Assembly (NCBI GenBank): GCA_965248265.1
Contig: CBDFJF010000001.1
Coordinates: forward strand, 1,792,001 to 1,856,000
DNA from: Candidatus Latescibacterota bacterium
GTDB taxonomy: Bacteria; Latescibacterota; UBA2968; UBA8231
Reading direction: 5' to 3'
Length of the DNA: 64,000 bases
Under the pieces are notes generated by a model. It did not search any database. It was not told the DNA's origin and was given only the letters and a program-made list of their open reading frames with translations. Positions 9,979-20,688 of this stretch are shown piece by piece (within the stretch, counting starts at the first letter, position 1; each line of letters begins with the position of its first letter). Both the position numbers and the translations under genes were made by a program.

Positions 9979-10588
9979 ATGGGACCCGGTCCGTTGGCAT
10001 CAGGCTCTGGGAGAGGATGCACCAGGCGTTCCAGTCGATGCGCTCGGTGGCATCGAAGGCCGCCAGAAGATCCTTGCCGGCGACGAACAATCCATGCCGC
10101 GGTGCAATGACGGCGGCCGCCTGGCTACGGATGCAGTCCTCTTTCCCTGACAGACCAGCCACGATGTTGTCGGCCAGAGCCTGGCTGTGAGCCGGGGCGG
10201 CCTGAATGAGGTCGACGCTACCGAATTTCTGCGTCGATTCCAATACCATCTCGATGGAGCGACCAGCGACACAGAAGGGCAACACGTGGAATGGGTGAGC
10301 GTGAACGATGCCGGTCACGTCTGGAAAATTGCGATACACACACAGGTGGATTCTGCTCTCACGCGAGCTGCGGGGATGTTCAAGAAAATCATCCGAGGCG
10401 ATCTCCGCCCTCATGATGTCTTCCGTGCCCAATTTCCAATGCTGGCGGCTGCCGGCAAACCGGGGCGTTATCAACATCGTGTCCCCATTCCTGGCGCTGA
10501 TATTGCCGCCAGACACGTCGGTCAGTTTACGCGCAAACAGTTTGGCGGCGACATCGATGATCAACTCCGCGGTCGTATCCACAGCCAT
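9956..10588 (-). CDS. Class II aldolase/adducin family protein
   Basis: [31 protein letters not shown]. Start MAVDTT follows CAGGAG RBS. Confidence 0.88.
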   Translation of the reverse strand: MAVDTTAELIIDVAAKLFARKLTDVSGGNISARNGDTMLITPRFAGSRQHWKLGTEDIMRAEIASDDFLEHPRSSRESRIHLCVYRNFPDVTGIVHAHPFHVLPFCVAGRSIEMVLESTQKFGSVDLIQAAPAHSQALADNIVAGLSGKEDCIRSQAAAVIAPRHGLFVAGKDLLAAFDATERIDWNAWCILSQSLMPTDRVPYDFDGNA

Positions 10589-10817
10589 CTCCTGTAGTCT
10601 GAATGTAGAAGCCTCGAAAAGAGCAGATCCCCGCTCGCAGGGGTCCAGGCGGATAAAGTAACCTTGGGCGCGCTGTATGGCGATCGTGTCCTTTGCCACC
10701 CTTGAATCCGCTTGAGATCTCGATTAACGTCCGTCCCCAATGACTCCGGCACAGTTAGCATCCCGTTACTCTGGTTTGCACAGTGCCGCGCAATCTCCAC
10801 GACAAGGAACTCCTCCG

Positions 10818-11960
10818 ATGAAAATCGTCAGCGTCGAACAGTTCTTTCCCAAACCCCGCATCCGCCTGGTCAAGATCACGACCGACAACGGCCTGGCAGG
10901 ATGGGGTGAGACCACCCTTGAAGGCCGGCCCAAAAGCACAGCAGGCGCCGTTGACGAGATCGCCGATTACCTCGTCGGCAAAGACCCGCTGCGCATCCAA
11001 CATCACTGGCAGCACGTCTACCGATCGGCCTTCTTCCGCGGCGGTAATGTCTTGATGTCGGCCTTGTCCGGCATCGACCAGGCGTTGTGGGATATCGCCG
11101 GCAAGCACCATAATGTCCCCATCTATCAACTGCTGGGCGGAGCAGTCAGGGATCGGATAAGGGTGTACGCCCATTGGGGAATCGGCAGCCTCGATGAAGA
11201 TGCCTTAACCGCAGCCAGACAGCGGCTGGAGTTTCTGCAGGAAAAAGGCGGTTACACCGCCTTCAAGGCCGGCCCTCACGGCAAGTGGAGAGCCCACGAA
11301 CCGCCCTCACGGATCGATGCCTTCGTCGAGTGCGCCTGCAAGATGCGTGAGTGGGTCGGCCCCGATGTCGAGCTCTGCTTCGATTTTCACGGCAAGATGA
11401 CACCGGCCCTCGCCGTCGAGGTCTGCCACGAGATCAAGGGCATGCGGCCGATGTTCGTGGAGGAGCCGGTACCGCAGGAGAACATCGATGCCCTCGTGGA
11501 AGTCTCTAACAAAGTCCCCTTCCCGATCGCCACGGGAGAACGATTGCTGACGCGCTGGGGATTCCGAGAAATCTTCGAAAAGCGCGCCGTCGCCTACATC
11601 CAGCCCGATACCTCACATGCCGGTGGCATCTCCGAACTCGTCAAGATCGCCAACATGGCCGAGGTCTACTACATGCACATCATGCCCCACTGCGCCATCG
11701 GACCCGTCGCTTTCACCGCCTCGCTACACGTCGATGCCGTCGTGCCGAATTTTCTCATACAGGAGCAGATTGACCAGGGATTGGGAGCGGGGTTGCTAAC
11801 CGAAGACCTGAAGGTCATCGATGGCCACATTGAGTTACCGACCGAACCGGGACTCGGCATCGACATCGATGAGGAGGCGGTGGCTGAAGGATGCGAGTAC
11901 ACCGAAGAGCTGGGGGGCGAGCATTTCTATGAGACGGACGGCAGCGTCGCCGACTGGTAA
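10818..11960 (+). CDS. dgoD: Galactonate dehydratase-like enolase-superfamily enzyme
   Basis: GWGETTLEG, SAFFRGG, SGIDQALWDIAGK, LLGGAVRDRIRVY, DFHG, EEP, ATGERL, QPD..HAGGISE, DGSVADW. Confidence 0.8.
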   Translation: MKIVSVEQFFPKPRIRLVKITTDNGLAGWGETTLEGRPKSTAGAVDEIADYLVGKDPLRIQHHWQHVYRSAFFRGGNVLMSALSGIDQALWDIAGKHHNVPIYQLLGGAVRDRIRVYAHWGIGSLDEDALTAARQRLEFLQEKGGYTAFKAGPHGKWRAHEPPSRIDAFVECACKMREWVGPDVELCFDFHGKMTPALAVEVCHEIKGMRPMFVEEPVPQENIDALVEVSNKVPFPIATGERLLTRWGFREIFEKRAVAYIQPDTSHAGGISELVKIANMAEVYYMHIMPHCAIGPVAFTASLHVDAVVPNFLIQEQIDQGLGAGLLTEDLKVIDGHIELPTEPGLGIDIDEEAVAEGCEYTEELGGEHFYETDGSVADW

Positions 11961-12113
11961 TCACCGGGCCTTCGTCACAGCACCTCGAAGTTGGAGGAGC
12001 GCTTCAGACTTCGATCGAAGGCAAGCGTGTGCTGGCAACCGGCCCGAGCGCCGATACGCCCGATCAGGTCACCGGCTGGCTGCTGCTGTATTCCGTGCGC
12101 CATCAGCCGTCGA

Positions 12114-13136
12114 TCACAACGCCATCTCCATGAGTAGGGACCCAACCGAACGCCCCCCGACCTCGAACCCGCCCCCCTCTCCGGCGGGCGCGAATCCGAG
12201 CTGCTCGAAACAGACCTGCTTCTCTTCGTCCTCCACGCAAATGTCGGCTCTGCAGCGAGAGATTCCTCGGTCCCTGCTCCAGTCGACTGCAGCCGCGAGC
12301 AACTGCGGCCAGGCAGCGGCATAACGTTTGTGGATGAATCCGTCGACGTGGCTGACACCGTCCGCCGCTATCCGAGTGGTGGATAGCCCTGCGAGGCAAC
12401 CGCCGGTTTCCGTCCAACCCTCAAACCATGTCCCTTCCCTTTCACCCGTGGCCACCGCTTCGTACCGGGGAAACAGTCCCATGCATGACGTGAGTTGAGT
12501 AAAGCGAGTGGAATAAAGGCCTGCATTGGTGTCCAGGACCTGCCAGTCGTGTGGACACACCGCCAAGGGGATCAGGTGACAGCGTGATCGCGGCGACCCG
12601 GGGCTGACCTCGATGGATTCGGTCGCAGTGAAGTAACCTGCCAGAAAATCCTCCGGAGACTCGTCGAAGTTGACCTGCGCCATCAGGGAGGCCGAGGCCA
12701 ATTTGCGAAAGCCCAGACGGCGATAGACCCGCGCCGCTGCCGGGTTTCCCGTGCCCAGGAACAGGGCTGCCCCACCCAGTCGCGCGAACTCGTCGCGAGC
12801 CGTCTCGCACAGCTGCGCGGCTATTCCCCGGCGGCGGAAAGCGGGCGCCGTAGCAACTTCACCGAGCCCCCCGATGATAGAGGATATGTGCGTTGACGAT
12901 GGGGCTGCAGTCTCTGATCCTCGCCCGGCGTAAGCCAGGTGAGTCGTGCCCATCAGTTCGCCGCCGCCAGCATCTCGTTTGAGGTAGATCTTGTGACCGA
13001 TGAAGCCCTCATCAGACCCTGCCAGCACATCCCGAAAATCAAACTCCTCTTCGAAGATGCCTTCCCAGAACGGCGGGAGCTCCGCCTGCAGATCGGCGCT
13101 CAGAGGCGGCTCGAAACAGGAGACCTGCGGTATCAC
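12114..13136 (-). CDS. GNAT-family N-acetyltransferase, probably two GNAT domains
   Basis: GEVATAPAFRRRGIA (motif A), NPAAARVYRRLGF; second degenerate domain ends FEQLGF. Confidence 0.8.
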   Translation of the reverse strand: MIPQVSCFEPPLSADLQAELPPFWEGIFEEEFDFRDVLAGSDEGFIGHKIYLKRDAGGGELMGTTHLAYAGRGSETAAPSSTHISSIIGGLGEVATAPAFRRRGIAAQLCETARDEFARLGGAALFLGTGNPAAARVYRRLGFRKLASASLMAQVNFDESPEDFLAGYFTATESIEVSPGSPRSRCHLIPLAVCPHDWQVLDTNAGLYSTRFTQLTSCMGLFPRYEAVATGEREGTWFEGWTETGGCLAGLSTTRIAADGVSHVDGFIHKRYAAAWPQLLAAAVDWSRDRGISRCRADICVEDEEKQVCFEQLGFAPAGEGGGFEVGGRSVGSLLMEMAL

Positions 13137-13182
13137 CGATCCAGGCCCCTCGAGGAGTCTCGTCCGTTCACTCGCCTATCTG

Positions 13183-14271
13183 TCAACGCAGTTTTCCACG
13201 CGCAGCCACCGCCCACACCGCCTCGACCACCTCGTTGCGCATGCCGTAGAGGTAGTCATGCAGGAACGTGGTGGCGTCCGTGTAACCGACGATGAAATCG
13301 AAGGCATCACCGACTTTGACCGTATCATCAGGCGCCGACAAATTGATGATCATGTGCTCGGCTGAGGTTTTGATGGATGAGACATTCTCGAGTCTGAGTG
13401 GGATCGGCTCGCCCGGCCATGCCGGTATCGTCTTGAAGCCACCGTCCAGGATGATGCGTTCGGGAACGGGACGGCTGGTGACCGTGCAGCGGACGAAGGC
13501 ACAGATCTCAGTATCGACTTGCCGGCCGCTGTAGGCGCGGTCATTGAACATGCCTCCGCCAGCCTGTATCTCCGTGATACCGGGTAGAAACGGCGTTACC
13601 CTGAGCGTGCTCGTACCCCCGCAGCTGACGATCGCCACCGGCAGGCCGGCTTCCCGGCACAGATCAGCGCTGTGAGTGAGAGTGCTGACGCAACTCTCAA
13701 TTATCGCACGCTTCTCGTCGAAATCTGTCATGTTGGCCGTGTGCCCCTCCCAGGCCATCAAACCCATGTAGCGCAGGCCTGCGGTCTCATGCACGAACCG
13801 CGACATCTCCACGGTGGCCGCCCCTGGGGTCACACCGGCCCGCGCCATACCGGTATCCAGTTCGATGACGACACCTACCTCGACACCTGCGGCCGCAGCC
13901 GCTTCCCCTATCATTGTCGCATTCGGCCTGCATTCGACGGCGACCTTGATATCGGCGCGGCGACTCAGGTTCACCAATCGGGTGATCTTCTGCGGGGTCA
14001 CGAGCTGGTTGGCAATCAGGATATCCGTTATCCCGGCATCCACCATGACCTCGGCCTCACCCAACTTGGCACAGGTGACTCCGATGGCTCCGGCGTTCAG
14101 CGCCTTGTGGGCGATGGCCGGTACCTTGATCCCCTTGATGTGTGGTCTCCATTGGACACCGGCCTCACTGAAAAGCGTTGCCAGTTGTTTGATGTTGCTC
14201 TCCAGTTTGTCGAGATCCGCCCACAGGAAGGGCGTATCCACGTCGCGTTTGTTCAGTCCAACTTCAGTCAA
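13183..14271 (-). CDS. DSD1/D-threonine aldolase family PLP enzyme (alanine racemase fold)
   Basis: DTP, WRPHIKG (PLP Lys), CAKLGEAE, ELDTGMARAG, EGH, SCGGT, SAEH. Confidence 0.88.
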   Translation of the reverse strand: MTEVGLNKRDVDTPFLWADLDKLESNIKQLATLFSEAGVQWRPHIKGIKVPAIAHKALNAGAIGVTCAKLGEAEVMVDAGITDILIANQLVTPQKITRLVNLSRRADIKVAVECRPNATMIGEAAAAAGVEVGVVIELDTGMARAGVTPGAATVEMSRFVHETAGLRYMGLMAWEGHTANMTDFDEKRAIIESCVSTLTHSADLCREAGLPVAIVSCGGTSTLRVTPFLPGITEIQAGGGMFNDRAYSGRQVDTEICAFVRCTVTSRPVPERIILDGGFKTIPAWPGEPIPLRLENVSSIKTSAEHMIINLSAPDDTVKVGDAFDFIVGYTDATTFLHDYLYGMRNEVVEAVWAVAARGKLR

Positions 14272-14314
14272 TTTCCATTCCCCCGTAGCGTGTTATGCTC
14301 ATTCAGTTATTCAA

Positions 14315-16246
14315 TTAGTCGCCTGCGACCCAGTTCGGCCGCAGAACGAAAACCCGGTCGTCCCAGATAAATTTGTCCAGACGGGTCGCCCAATGCGCCC
14401 CACCGATGACGTAAAGTCGACCATCCAGGACGGCGGCACCGCCCCAGGACTGCCGGGTAGGCAGATCCGGACCGGAGCGCCACATGCGCTCGGCTGGCGA
14501 GTAGCGCCAGCTCTTCCTGGTGCGGTGATCACCCAGAGCCCAGATCTCGCCCTCGAACGCGGTCACGTAGGAAGCCTGTGGCAAATGCTCGGGGGCCGGC
14601 AGGTCGTCCCAGGTACCTGTGCCGGGATCGTAGGCGAAGGCGCCCTCACGACCGATGACGTAGATGATGTCATCGAGGACACAGCCGGCGAATTGGTGGA
14701 TGGGACGCGGGGTTTCTGCTTCGAAACGCCATGAGTCCTCTCCAGGGCCGATACTTTCGACCGAAGACAACGCATCCTCATTATCGGAGCCGCCGATCGC
14801 GTAGACACGCTCCCCGGAGACCAGCGCAACAGGCTCGGTCCGAGCCGTGTTCAGCGATGGAGCGTCACGCCATGTGCCGCTCGCAGGATCAAAGACGATG
14901 ACCTCATCAAGAGGCACAAGACCTCGGGCGCTGTCAGGCTTATCCGGGTTCACCCTGCCGCCGACGATCCAGACTTCTCCCTCGAAGGTCGTCAATCCAT
15001 TGTGACATCGCGCCGTCGGCATCTGCCCGGCGACGTTCCAGGTGCGTGTCTGCGGATCGAAACGAAAGATCTCGGCGAAAACGCGGCCGGCGGCCGGAAA
15101 GTCCCATCCTGCGGTCAACCCCCCGGCGACGTAGAGCTGACGATCGAGTTCAACGGCAAAGATGTCGTGGTTGCCACCCGGTAGTGGAGCGACTTCCTCC
15201 CACGAGTGCTGCCAGGCTTGGGCAATCGCCTCAATTCTGAAAATCTGCGAGCCGGAGGTGAACCAAATATGACCCAGCGGATCGACGTGAATCAGGTCGA
15301 TCGAACCCGCCCCTTCACCCGCTGGTACGATAGCGTGTGTCGTGAGTGTGTTGGCAGAATCGGCCTCGACCTCCAGTAGCGTGCCGTCGTCAAACCCAAA
15401 AAGGAGGTCCCCGTCAGCGTGCGATCGCGTCATCGCCGTTATGCGGCCGCTCCAGTCAGCGGCTCCAATCGGCGTGTGCCATCCGTCGCCAGGCTGATGC
15501 GGGTCCATGCGGTGGACCCCAAACCCGCCTGCCGAGACCCATACGAATCCGGAGGCATCGATCGCCAGGAGATTGCCGTCCCCGTCAGGCTGTGGATCGA
15601 CGAGTTGCCAAACACTTGGCGTACTGGCCGCGCGCACTACAGCGACGGTCGATCCCCCCTGATCTGGAGCCAACGCCCAATGGTTGTCGTAGAGGTCGTA
15701 CGCGGACGCCATGGGCGCCAGGTTGCCACCGATTCCCTCGGGTTGCGGCAGGTATTCCCCGCTCGAATCGCGAAAATTCGCGCATCCACTGATCCACACA
15801 CTGCCGTCTCTGTTGCCCGCGACCTTGCGATCCGCGACCCTGCGATCGGCTACCGTGCGGTCTGCCTGATTCGAACAGTCGAATTTCGCGCTGACATCGG
15901 TGACGATCCATCCGGCTTCGAGGTCGACCTGGAGGATGGACGCAGAAGATGCCACGAACAGCTTGCCGTCGCGGCTGCCAGAGACGCCGCTGACATGCCC
16001 GGTTATGAATCTACGCGTCTCACTGCGCTCGGCATCCACGACAAACAGACCGGCGCCTTGCTCTCCCGGCACGGAAGCCAGCAAGCGCCCCGTGTGGTCG
16101 CTGTAGAGAGCGGTGGGCGGCGCCGCCAGTGTGGTCACGTGCAAAATAGACTCTCTCCCGGTTGACGCCGTGTCAGCACCCAGGTCGACGGCTAGCAATG
16201 ACAGTAGTACAACCGACGCTTTGAGGAGGTCAGTGAATCGACGCAT
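14315..16246 (-). CDS. Exported beta-propeller protein with C-terminal Kelch repeats
   Basis: Signal peptide from MRRFTDLLK; G.VW propeller blades; Kelch repeats LYVAGG, VWIVGG, VYAIGG, IYVIG, LYVIGG. Confidence 0.8.
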   Translation of the reverse strand: MRRFTDLLKASVVLLSLLAVDLGADTASTGRESILHVTTLAAPPTALYSDHTGRLLASVPGEQGAGLFVVDAERSETRRFITGHVSGVSGSRDGKLFVASSASILQVDLEAGWIVTDVSAKFDCSNQADRTVADRRVADRKVAGNRDGSVWISGCANFRDSSGEYLPQPEGIGGNLAPMASAYDLYDNHWALAPDQGGSTVAVVRAASTPSVWQLVDPQPDGDGNLLAIDASGFVWVSAGGFGVHRMDPHQPGDGWHTPIGAADWSGRITAMTRSHADGDLLFGFDDGTLLEVEADSANTLTTHAIVPAGEGAGSIDLIHVDPLGHIWFTSGSQIFRIEAIAQAWQHSWEEVAPLPGGNHDIFAVELDRQLYVAGGLTAGWDFPAAGRVFAEIFRFDPQTRTWNVAGQMPTARCHNGLTTFEGEVWIVGGRVNPDKPDSARGLVPLDEVIVFDPASGTWRDAPSLNTARTEPVALVSGERVYAIGGSDNEDALSSVESIGPGEDSWRFEAETPRPIHQFAGCVLDDIIYVIGREGAFAYDPGTGTWDDLPAPEHLPQASYVTAFEGEIWALGDHRTRKSWRYSPAERMWRSGPDLPTRQSWGGAAVLDGRLYVIGGAHWATRLDKFIWDDRVFVLRPNWVAGD

Positions 16247-16415
16247 GGGATCTCTTCGGCGGCTCAAGGTGAACGAGCTATCTACACGAATTTCTCGCCC
16301 GGTGTCAATTCCGTCCTGCCAGAGCTGGCAGGACCAGCAACATTTCATCAAATTATTTGCTGTTGCGGGTGGCGTTTGCCTGCGTTTTCGACCCATCAAC
16401 ACAGGAGATTTGTTC

Positions 16416-17282
16416 ATGCCAATAGGCGCCGAACCGTACCTCTATGAACCCGTGCCTGGTTGGAGCAGCGGGCCACACGGATGTGAAAAAGGAGTGCTCT
16501 CTGGCGTGGGCATCAGCACCGACGACCGCATCTTCGTCGTCGACCGCGAGCCGAATCCGAGTATCCTGGTATTCGACCGGGACGGGCGCCTCATCGACTC
16601 CTGGGGCCAGGACATTTTCCCGCTGCCGCATGACATCACCCTCACACCCGATGGACGAGCCTTTGTGACAGACTGCCGTGACCATACCGTCCGCATCTGT
16701 AGCCTGGAAGGGGAGGTGCTTCAAACCATCGGTACGCCAGGAATCCCCGGCCCACCCGGCAAGCCTTTCAACAAGCCGACGGGAGTCGCTGTAGCGCCCG
16801 ATTCGGGCGAGTTTTACGTGACCGATGGTTACGGACAGTTCCACGTACACCGCTTTTCCCCCGATGGCGAACTGCTGGAGACCTGGGGGCAAAAGGGATC
16901 AGAGCCTGGGAATTATACTCTGCCCCACAATATTGCCATTTCCAGCAGCGGTATTGTCGCGGTCGCTGACCGAGAGCCCAACAACCGTGTCCAGCTCTTC
17001 GATCTCGACGGCAACTTCAAAAGCCAGTGGCGCGGTCGTCTGTTTCCCTGCGGTCTGTTCATCGACGACGACGATATCGTGTTCGTGGCCGAGGGATTCG
17101 GTGTCAGCGTCTTCAACATGGATGGCGACCTCTTGTTCGTGCTACCCCTGCGGGGCGGCCCTGTCGACGAGAATCACGGCTCCCACGCCATCGCCGTAGA
17201 CCACCACGGAGATATCTACGTCAACGAGGTCGGAGCGCCCAACTTGATGCACAAATTCGCGCGTGTGGAGGGCACCCGGTGA
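16416..17282 (+). CDS. NHL-repeat protein (peptidyl-hydroxyglycine lyase-like propeller)
   Basis: CAGGAG RBS; PHDI, FNKPTGVAV, YVTDGYG, LPHNI, VADRE.NNRVQLFD, HAIAVD..GDIYV. Confidence 0.82.
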   Translation: MPIGAEPYLYEPVPGWSSGPHGCEKGVLSGVGISTDDRIFVVDREPNPSILVFDRDGRLIDSWGQDIFPLPHDITLTPDGRAFVTDCRDHTVRICSLEGEVLQTIGTPGIPGPPGKPFNKPTGVAVAPDSGEFYVTDGYGQFHVHRFSPDGELLETWGQKGSEPGNYTLPHNIAISSSGIVAVADREPNNRVQLFDLDGNFKSQWRGRLFPCGLFIDDDDIVFVAEGFGVSVFNMDGDLLFVLPLRGGPVDENHGSHAIAVDHHGDIYVNEVGAPNLMHKFARVEGTR

Positions 17283-17289
17283 CACTAGC

Positions 17290-18288
17290 ATGAAAGGGAC
17301 GATCCGCATCGGCATCTATGGCGCCGGCAACTTCGCCAACAAACAGCACCTGCCCAACCTGACACGAGTCGAGGGCGTCGAACTCATCGCCATCTGTGAT
17401 GTCAATGCGCAGGCCGCCCACGACACCGCCGCCACTTTCGGCATCCCCGCCGTGTACACGGACGGCCACGAGATGCTCGAGAAGGAATCGATGGACGCGC
17501 TGTGGTCGATCGTCCCGGCCTTCGCCCGGACCGCCGGCGTTGAAGTGGCCGCGGCCACCCGGGGCATCCACCTGTTCAGCGAAAAGCCCCAGGCCCTCGA
17601 GATGTGCGTGGCTCGCGCTATCGACGACGCCGTACGTGAGGCCGGGGTCCTCAGCGCGGTCTGTTTCCGCGAGCGCTACCGGCCCATATTCCAGGAAGCC
17701 AGACGCCTGCTGCAGGGCAAAGACGTCGCGCACATCCGCTTCCAGTCCGTCAGCGGGTTGCCCGGACCGCCTTCCGGCAGCTGGAATGGCGTCATGGAAA
17801 AGGGCGGCGTCGGTTTCTTCGACTGGGGCCCGCACGCGGTGGATTATTCCCGCTTCATGAGTGGACTCGACGTGGTGACGGCACAGGGGTTTTTCAACCA
17901 CCCTGAGCGCTACACTACTCCGCTCTCGGCTTCCTTCAATTTCGCCATGTCCAATGGTGCCACCATGACGATGACCTTCGTCTCAGCCTCACCCAGCCAA
18001 CCGCCCGAAGAGCCCTTCTTCTTGATGTACTACGAGGGCGGCTACCTCGGCGTCCACAGCTACGACCACATCGACATGAACGGAGAGCGGGTCTACGAAG
18101 GCGAGGAGTTCAACCCATGGTTCGAGCTCGACCGGCGATTCTGTGAGGCTGTGCGAAGCGGAGACGGCAGTGACCTCCTCAACGACTACCACGATGGCCT
18201 CAACTCCCTCGCTCCGGTGCTTGCCGGGTGGGAGTCAGCCAAAAGGGGCGGAGAGCCCATCGACATCGCCGAATTCATGCGTTCGTGA
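17290..18288 (+). CDS. Gfo/Idh/MocA oxidoreductase
   Basis: IRIGIYGAGNFA, HLFSEKP, DWGPHAVD. Confidence 0.9.
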   Translation: MKGTIRIGIYGAGNFANKQHLPNLTRVEGVELIAICDVNAQAAHDTAATFGIPAVYTDGHEMLEKESMDALWSIVPAFARTAGVEVAAATRGIHLFSEKPQALEMCVARAIDDAVREAGVLSAVCFRERYRPIFQEARRLLQGKDVAHIRFQSVSGLPGPPSGSWNGVMEKGGVGFFDWGPHAVDYSRFMSGLDVVTAQGFFNHPERYTTPLSASFNFAMSNGATMTMTFVSASPSQPPEEPFFLMYYEGGYLGVHSYDHIDMNGERVYEGEEFNPWFELDRRFCEAVRSGDGSDLLNDYHDGLNSLAPVLAGWESAKRGGEPIDIAEFMRS

Positions 18289-18312
18289 AGAAAATGGAAA
18301 ATCGACCTATAC

Positions 18313-19188
18313 ATGACTGACGTTACCTCCACGGAAAAGACGATTACGACGCAGGATCGCCTGCGTCAACTCGACATGGACGGTTTCTGCGTTGTCGAGG
18401 GGGTTATACCTGCCGGTGTCGTCGACGAGGTCCGCGACAGTGTCGTCGCGGCTCAGGTGCGGCGCAGCGAGGAGTCTGAGAAGCGACTTGCCGCGACCCG
18501 GGCACGTGGCCATCGCACCGGGGTTCCAGGCGTTGCCCCGTTGAAACAGGTCATCAACGAGACCCAGACATTCGCGCCGTACCTTGCCGACCCCCGTATC
18601 ATGGAGGTCGTCGAAGGCCTGTTCGGCCCATTCGCCCGGATCTCCTGCACCGACGTCGTCATCAACAATCCGGGGTGTGGGCGTGGATACTGGCACGCCG
18701 ACTGGCCGTACAACCAGACCAATGCCTCTAACATCCCGGCGCCGTATGCAGACGCACCGCTGCACCTGTCGACGATCTGGATGTTGACGGATTTCCGGCC
18801 CGATAATGGAGCTACCCTGATCGTGCCCGGTAGCCAGCGTGAGTCGAATAATCCGGCCGCTGGCGAAGTCGAGGGTGTCGACGAGGATGCACCCTATCCG
18901 ACTGAGATCCACGCGGTAGGTAAGGCTGGCAGCGTCTACATCGCCGACAGTCGCACGTGGCACGCCGTGGCGCCAAACGACAGCGACGAACCTCGCGTCG
19001 GCATGATCATCCGCTATGCCCCGTGGTGGCTTAACCTCAACCCGACCATGATTGGATCACCTGAGCATGCCATGATGGTGGTGGAGACGAACGGTAAGAA
19101 TTACGAGACCGAACCATTGCGGCGTGAGGTCTTCGAGTCCTTGCCAGAGGATGTCAAGCCGCTCTACCGGCACTGGGTCGGTGACTGA
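18313..19188 (+). CDS. Phytanoyl-CoA dioxygenase (PhyH) family oxygenase
   Basis: DGFCVVEGVI, WHADWP, IWMLTDF..DNGATLIVPGS, GSV..ADSRTWH. Confidence 0.88.
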   Translation: MTDVTSTEKTITTQDRLRQLDMDGFCVVEGVIPAGVVDEVRDSVVAAQVRRSEESEKRLAATRARGHRTGVPGVAPLKQVINETQTFAPYLADPRIMEVVEGLFGPFARISCTDVVINNPGCGRGYWHADWPYNQTNASNIPAPYADAPLHLSTIWMLTDFRPDNGATLIVPGSQRESNNPAAGEVEGVDEDAPYPTEIHAVGKAGSVYIADSRTWHAVAPNDSDEPRVGMIIRYAPWWLNLNPTMIGSPEHAMMVVETNGKNYETEPLRREVFESLPEDVKPLYRHWVGD

Positions 19189-19211
19189 AGCTAGCCGCTG
19201 AAACGGCAACA

Positions 19212-19250
19212 GAAAGGGCCCGGTTGGCTGACAAGCCACCGGGCCTTTTC
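19212..19250. terminator. Bidirectional intrinsic terminator between convergent genes
   Basis: GAAAGGGCCCGGTTGGCT-GACA-AGCCACCGGGCCTTTTC hairpin with A/T tails. Confidence 0.8.
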
Positions 19251-19295
19251 TATTGCATCAAACTCGCGGTCTATGCTGAACTCGCGACCGGAGAC

Positions 19296-20633
19296 TTATT
19301 GGGTGTACTGAGTGACGTTGGAAATACCGCCCGGCTGGGTCAGTGCATAGACGATCAGATTCACACCGAATTGCAACCCACGCTCGCGCGCAGTGGCGCC
19401 TGGCTGACCCCAGTACCAACTGACGTTCAGGTCGCTGAAGAGGACGGCAACGCGTCCACGTAGCTCCAGCATTTCGAGATCGAAGACGTTGCCTCCTGCA
19501 GCGCCCCCCATGGGTGGTCCGTCCTGGAAGTCAAAAAACGTGTAGTACAACGAGTGGGACTTGGGGATCTTCTGAAACTTGCCTCCCTCCGTTCCCAGCA
19601 CCATCGGATCCTTCATCAGGGCCTTGAACTGCCGATCGAACGTCGTCCCCACGACTCCTGCCTCGGTGCCGGTGAGGTTGCCCGTCGATGTGTCGTTTTG
19701 TCGAATATCTTCCGCGAACAGAAACCCGCCGCCTCGCAAATAGTCGCCCAGGTTCGTCTTCTCCGTATCACTCAGCTGCACGATCGCACTGTTGCCCGTC
19801 ATGTAGAGGAGCGGTGCTTTGTGAATGCGATCATCACTGAAGCGAAGGGTAGTGCCCTGGATCCTGGCCTTGATCTGCGTGTGATCCCTGACGTACCGCA
19901 TCAACTCTTCGACCGCGAGCGGAAAGCGATCCACGTTTTTGTCCGCCAGATCATAGTCGATGATGGTCATGTTGAAGAACCCGCGGATGTTCTTCTTGTT
20001 CTCGGGATCCGTGATGATGATCGCCTTGAAGCGACCGAAATCCAGATCCCCCACATTCAGGAGTTCGCGCTCGAGACTCAACATTTCCTGAACCGGCGCC
20101 GCCGTCTCGGTGACGTCGATCATCTCGACCCGATCGAAGTCGAGTTCGTCTGCCTTGGCTCCGCTGAAGGTCCCCAGCAGCGAAGCACCCGGCAAAACGG
20201 CACCCAGCAGGTCACTACCGACAGCGCTCACATCCGATATAGCCGTGATGTCGGTTGGCATATCGGGCGGCGTAAGGGCTGCCAGCATCTCCATCTGCAC
20301 TTCAGAGATTTCAGGCTGCTTTGCCAGATCGAAGTTCTTCTCGAGAATGGGCGGGGGCGCCTGAAACCGGATGAGCGTCTCGCCTTCCTCTTCCTCGGTC
20401 AGTCCGAAGACCAGGACGGCTACCCAAGCGACCGCGTGTACGGCCAACGACGCGACCAGGGCAGCATTCAAACCCAAACGCCTGCCGGTCGTGGCCTTCC
20501 ACAAAGCCAGAAGCAGGACCGCGAATCCACCTACGCCGGCCAGAATCGCCACCCACTTGGAGACTATGATCCCGAGATGGAGGAGGACCGCAGACCCGAA
20601 TACGATGTAGAGTATCTTTTTATGCTCTTCCAC
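19296..20633 (-). CDS. TonB-like membrane-anchored protein with C-terminal DUF4159-like domain
   Basis: Three N-terminal TM segments, the last with SLAVH (SxxxH); Pro/acidic linker; PLLYMTG...E..NLGDYLRGGGFLFAED, HSLY.TFFDF, GRVAV, FGVNLIVYALT. Confidence 0.75.
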   Translation of the reverse strand: MEEHKKILYIVFGSAVLLHLGIIVSKWVAILAGVGGFAVLLLALWKATTGRRLGLNAALVASLAVHAVAWVAVLVFGLTEEEEGETLIRFQAPPPILEKNFDLAKQPEISEVQMEMLAALTPPDMPTDITAISDVSAVGSDLLGAVLPGASLLGTFSGAKADELDFDRVEMIDVTETAAPVQEMLSLERELLNVGDLDFGRFKAIIITDPENKKNIRGFFNMTIIDYDLADKNVDRFPLAVEELMRYVRDHTQIKARIQGTTLRFSDDRIHKAPLLYMTGNSAIVQLSDTEKTNLGDYLRGGGFLFAEDIRQNDTSTGNLTGTEAGVVGTTFDRQFKALMKDPMVLGTEGGKFQKIPKSHSLYYTFFDFQDGPPMGGAAGGNVFDLEMLELRGRVAVLFSDLNVSWYWGQPGATARERGLQFGVNLIVYALTQPGGISNVTQYTQ

Positions 20634-20688
20634 AGTTAATCCTTCGCCGGTTGCTTACAGAGAGGTAACTCGGGGTTAGCCGGGCTAC

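Noticed and set aside
14315-17282. Kelch and NHL proteins as evidence of a host-associated lifestyle
   Set aside because: These propellers are also common in free-living bacteria; the window alone cannot support the claim.
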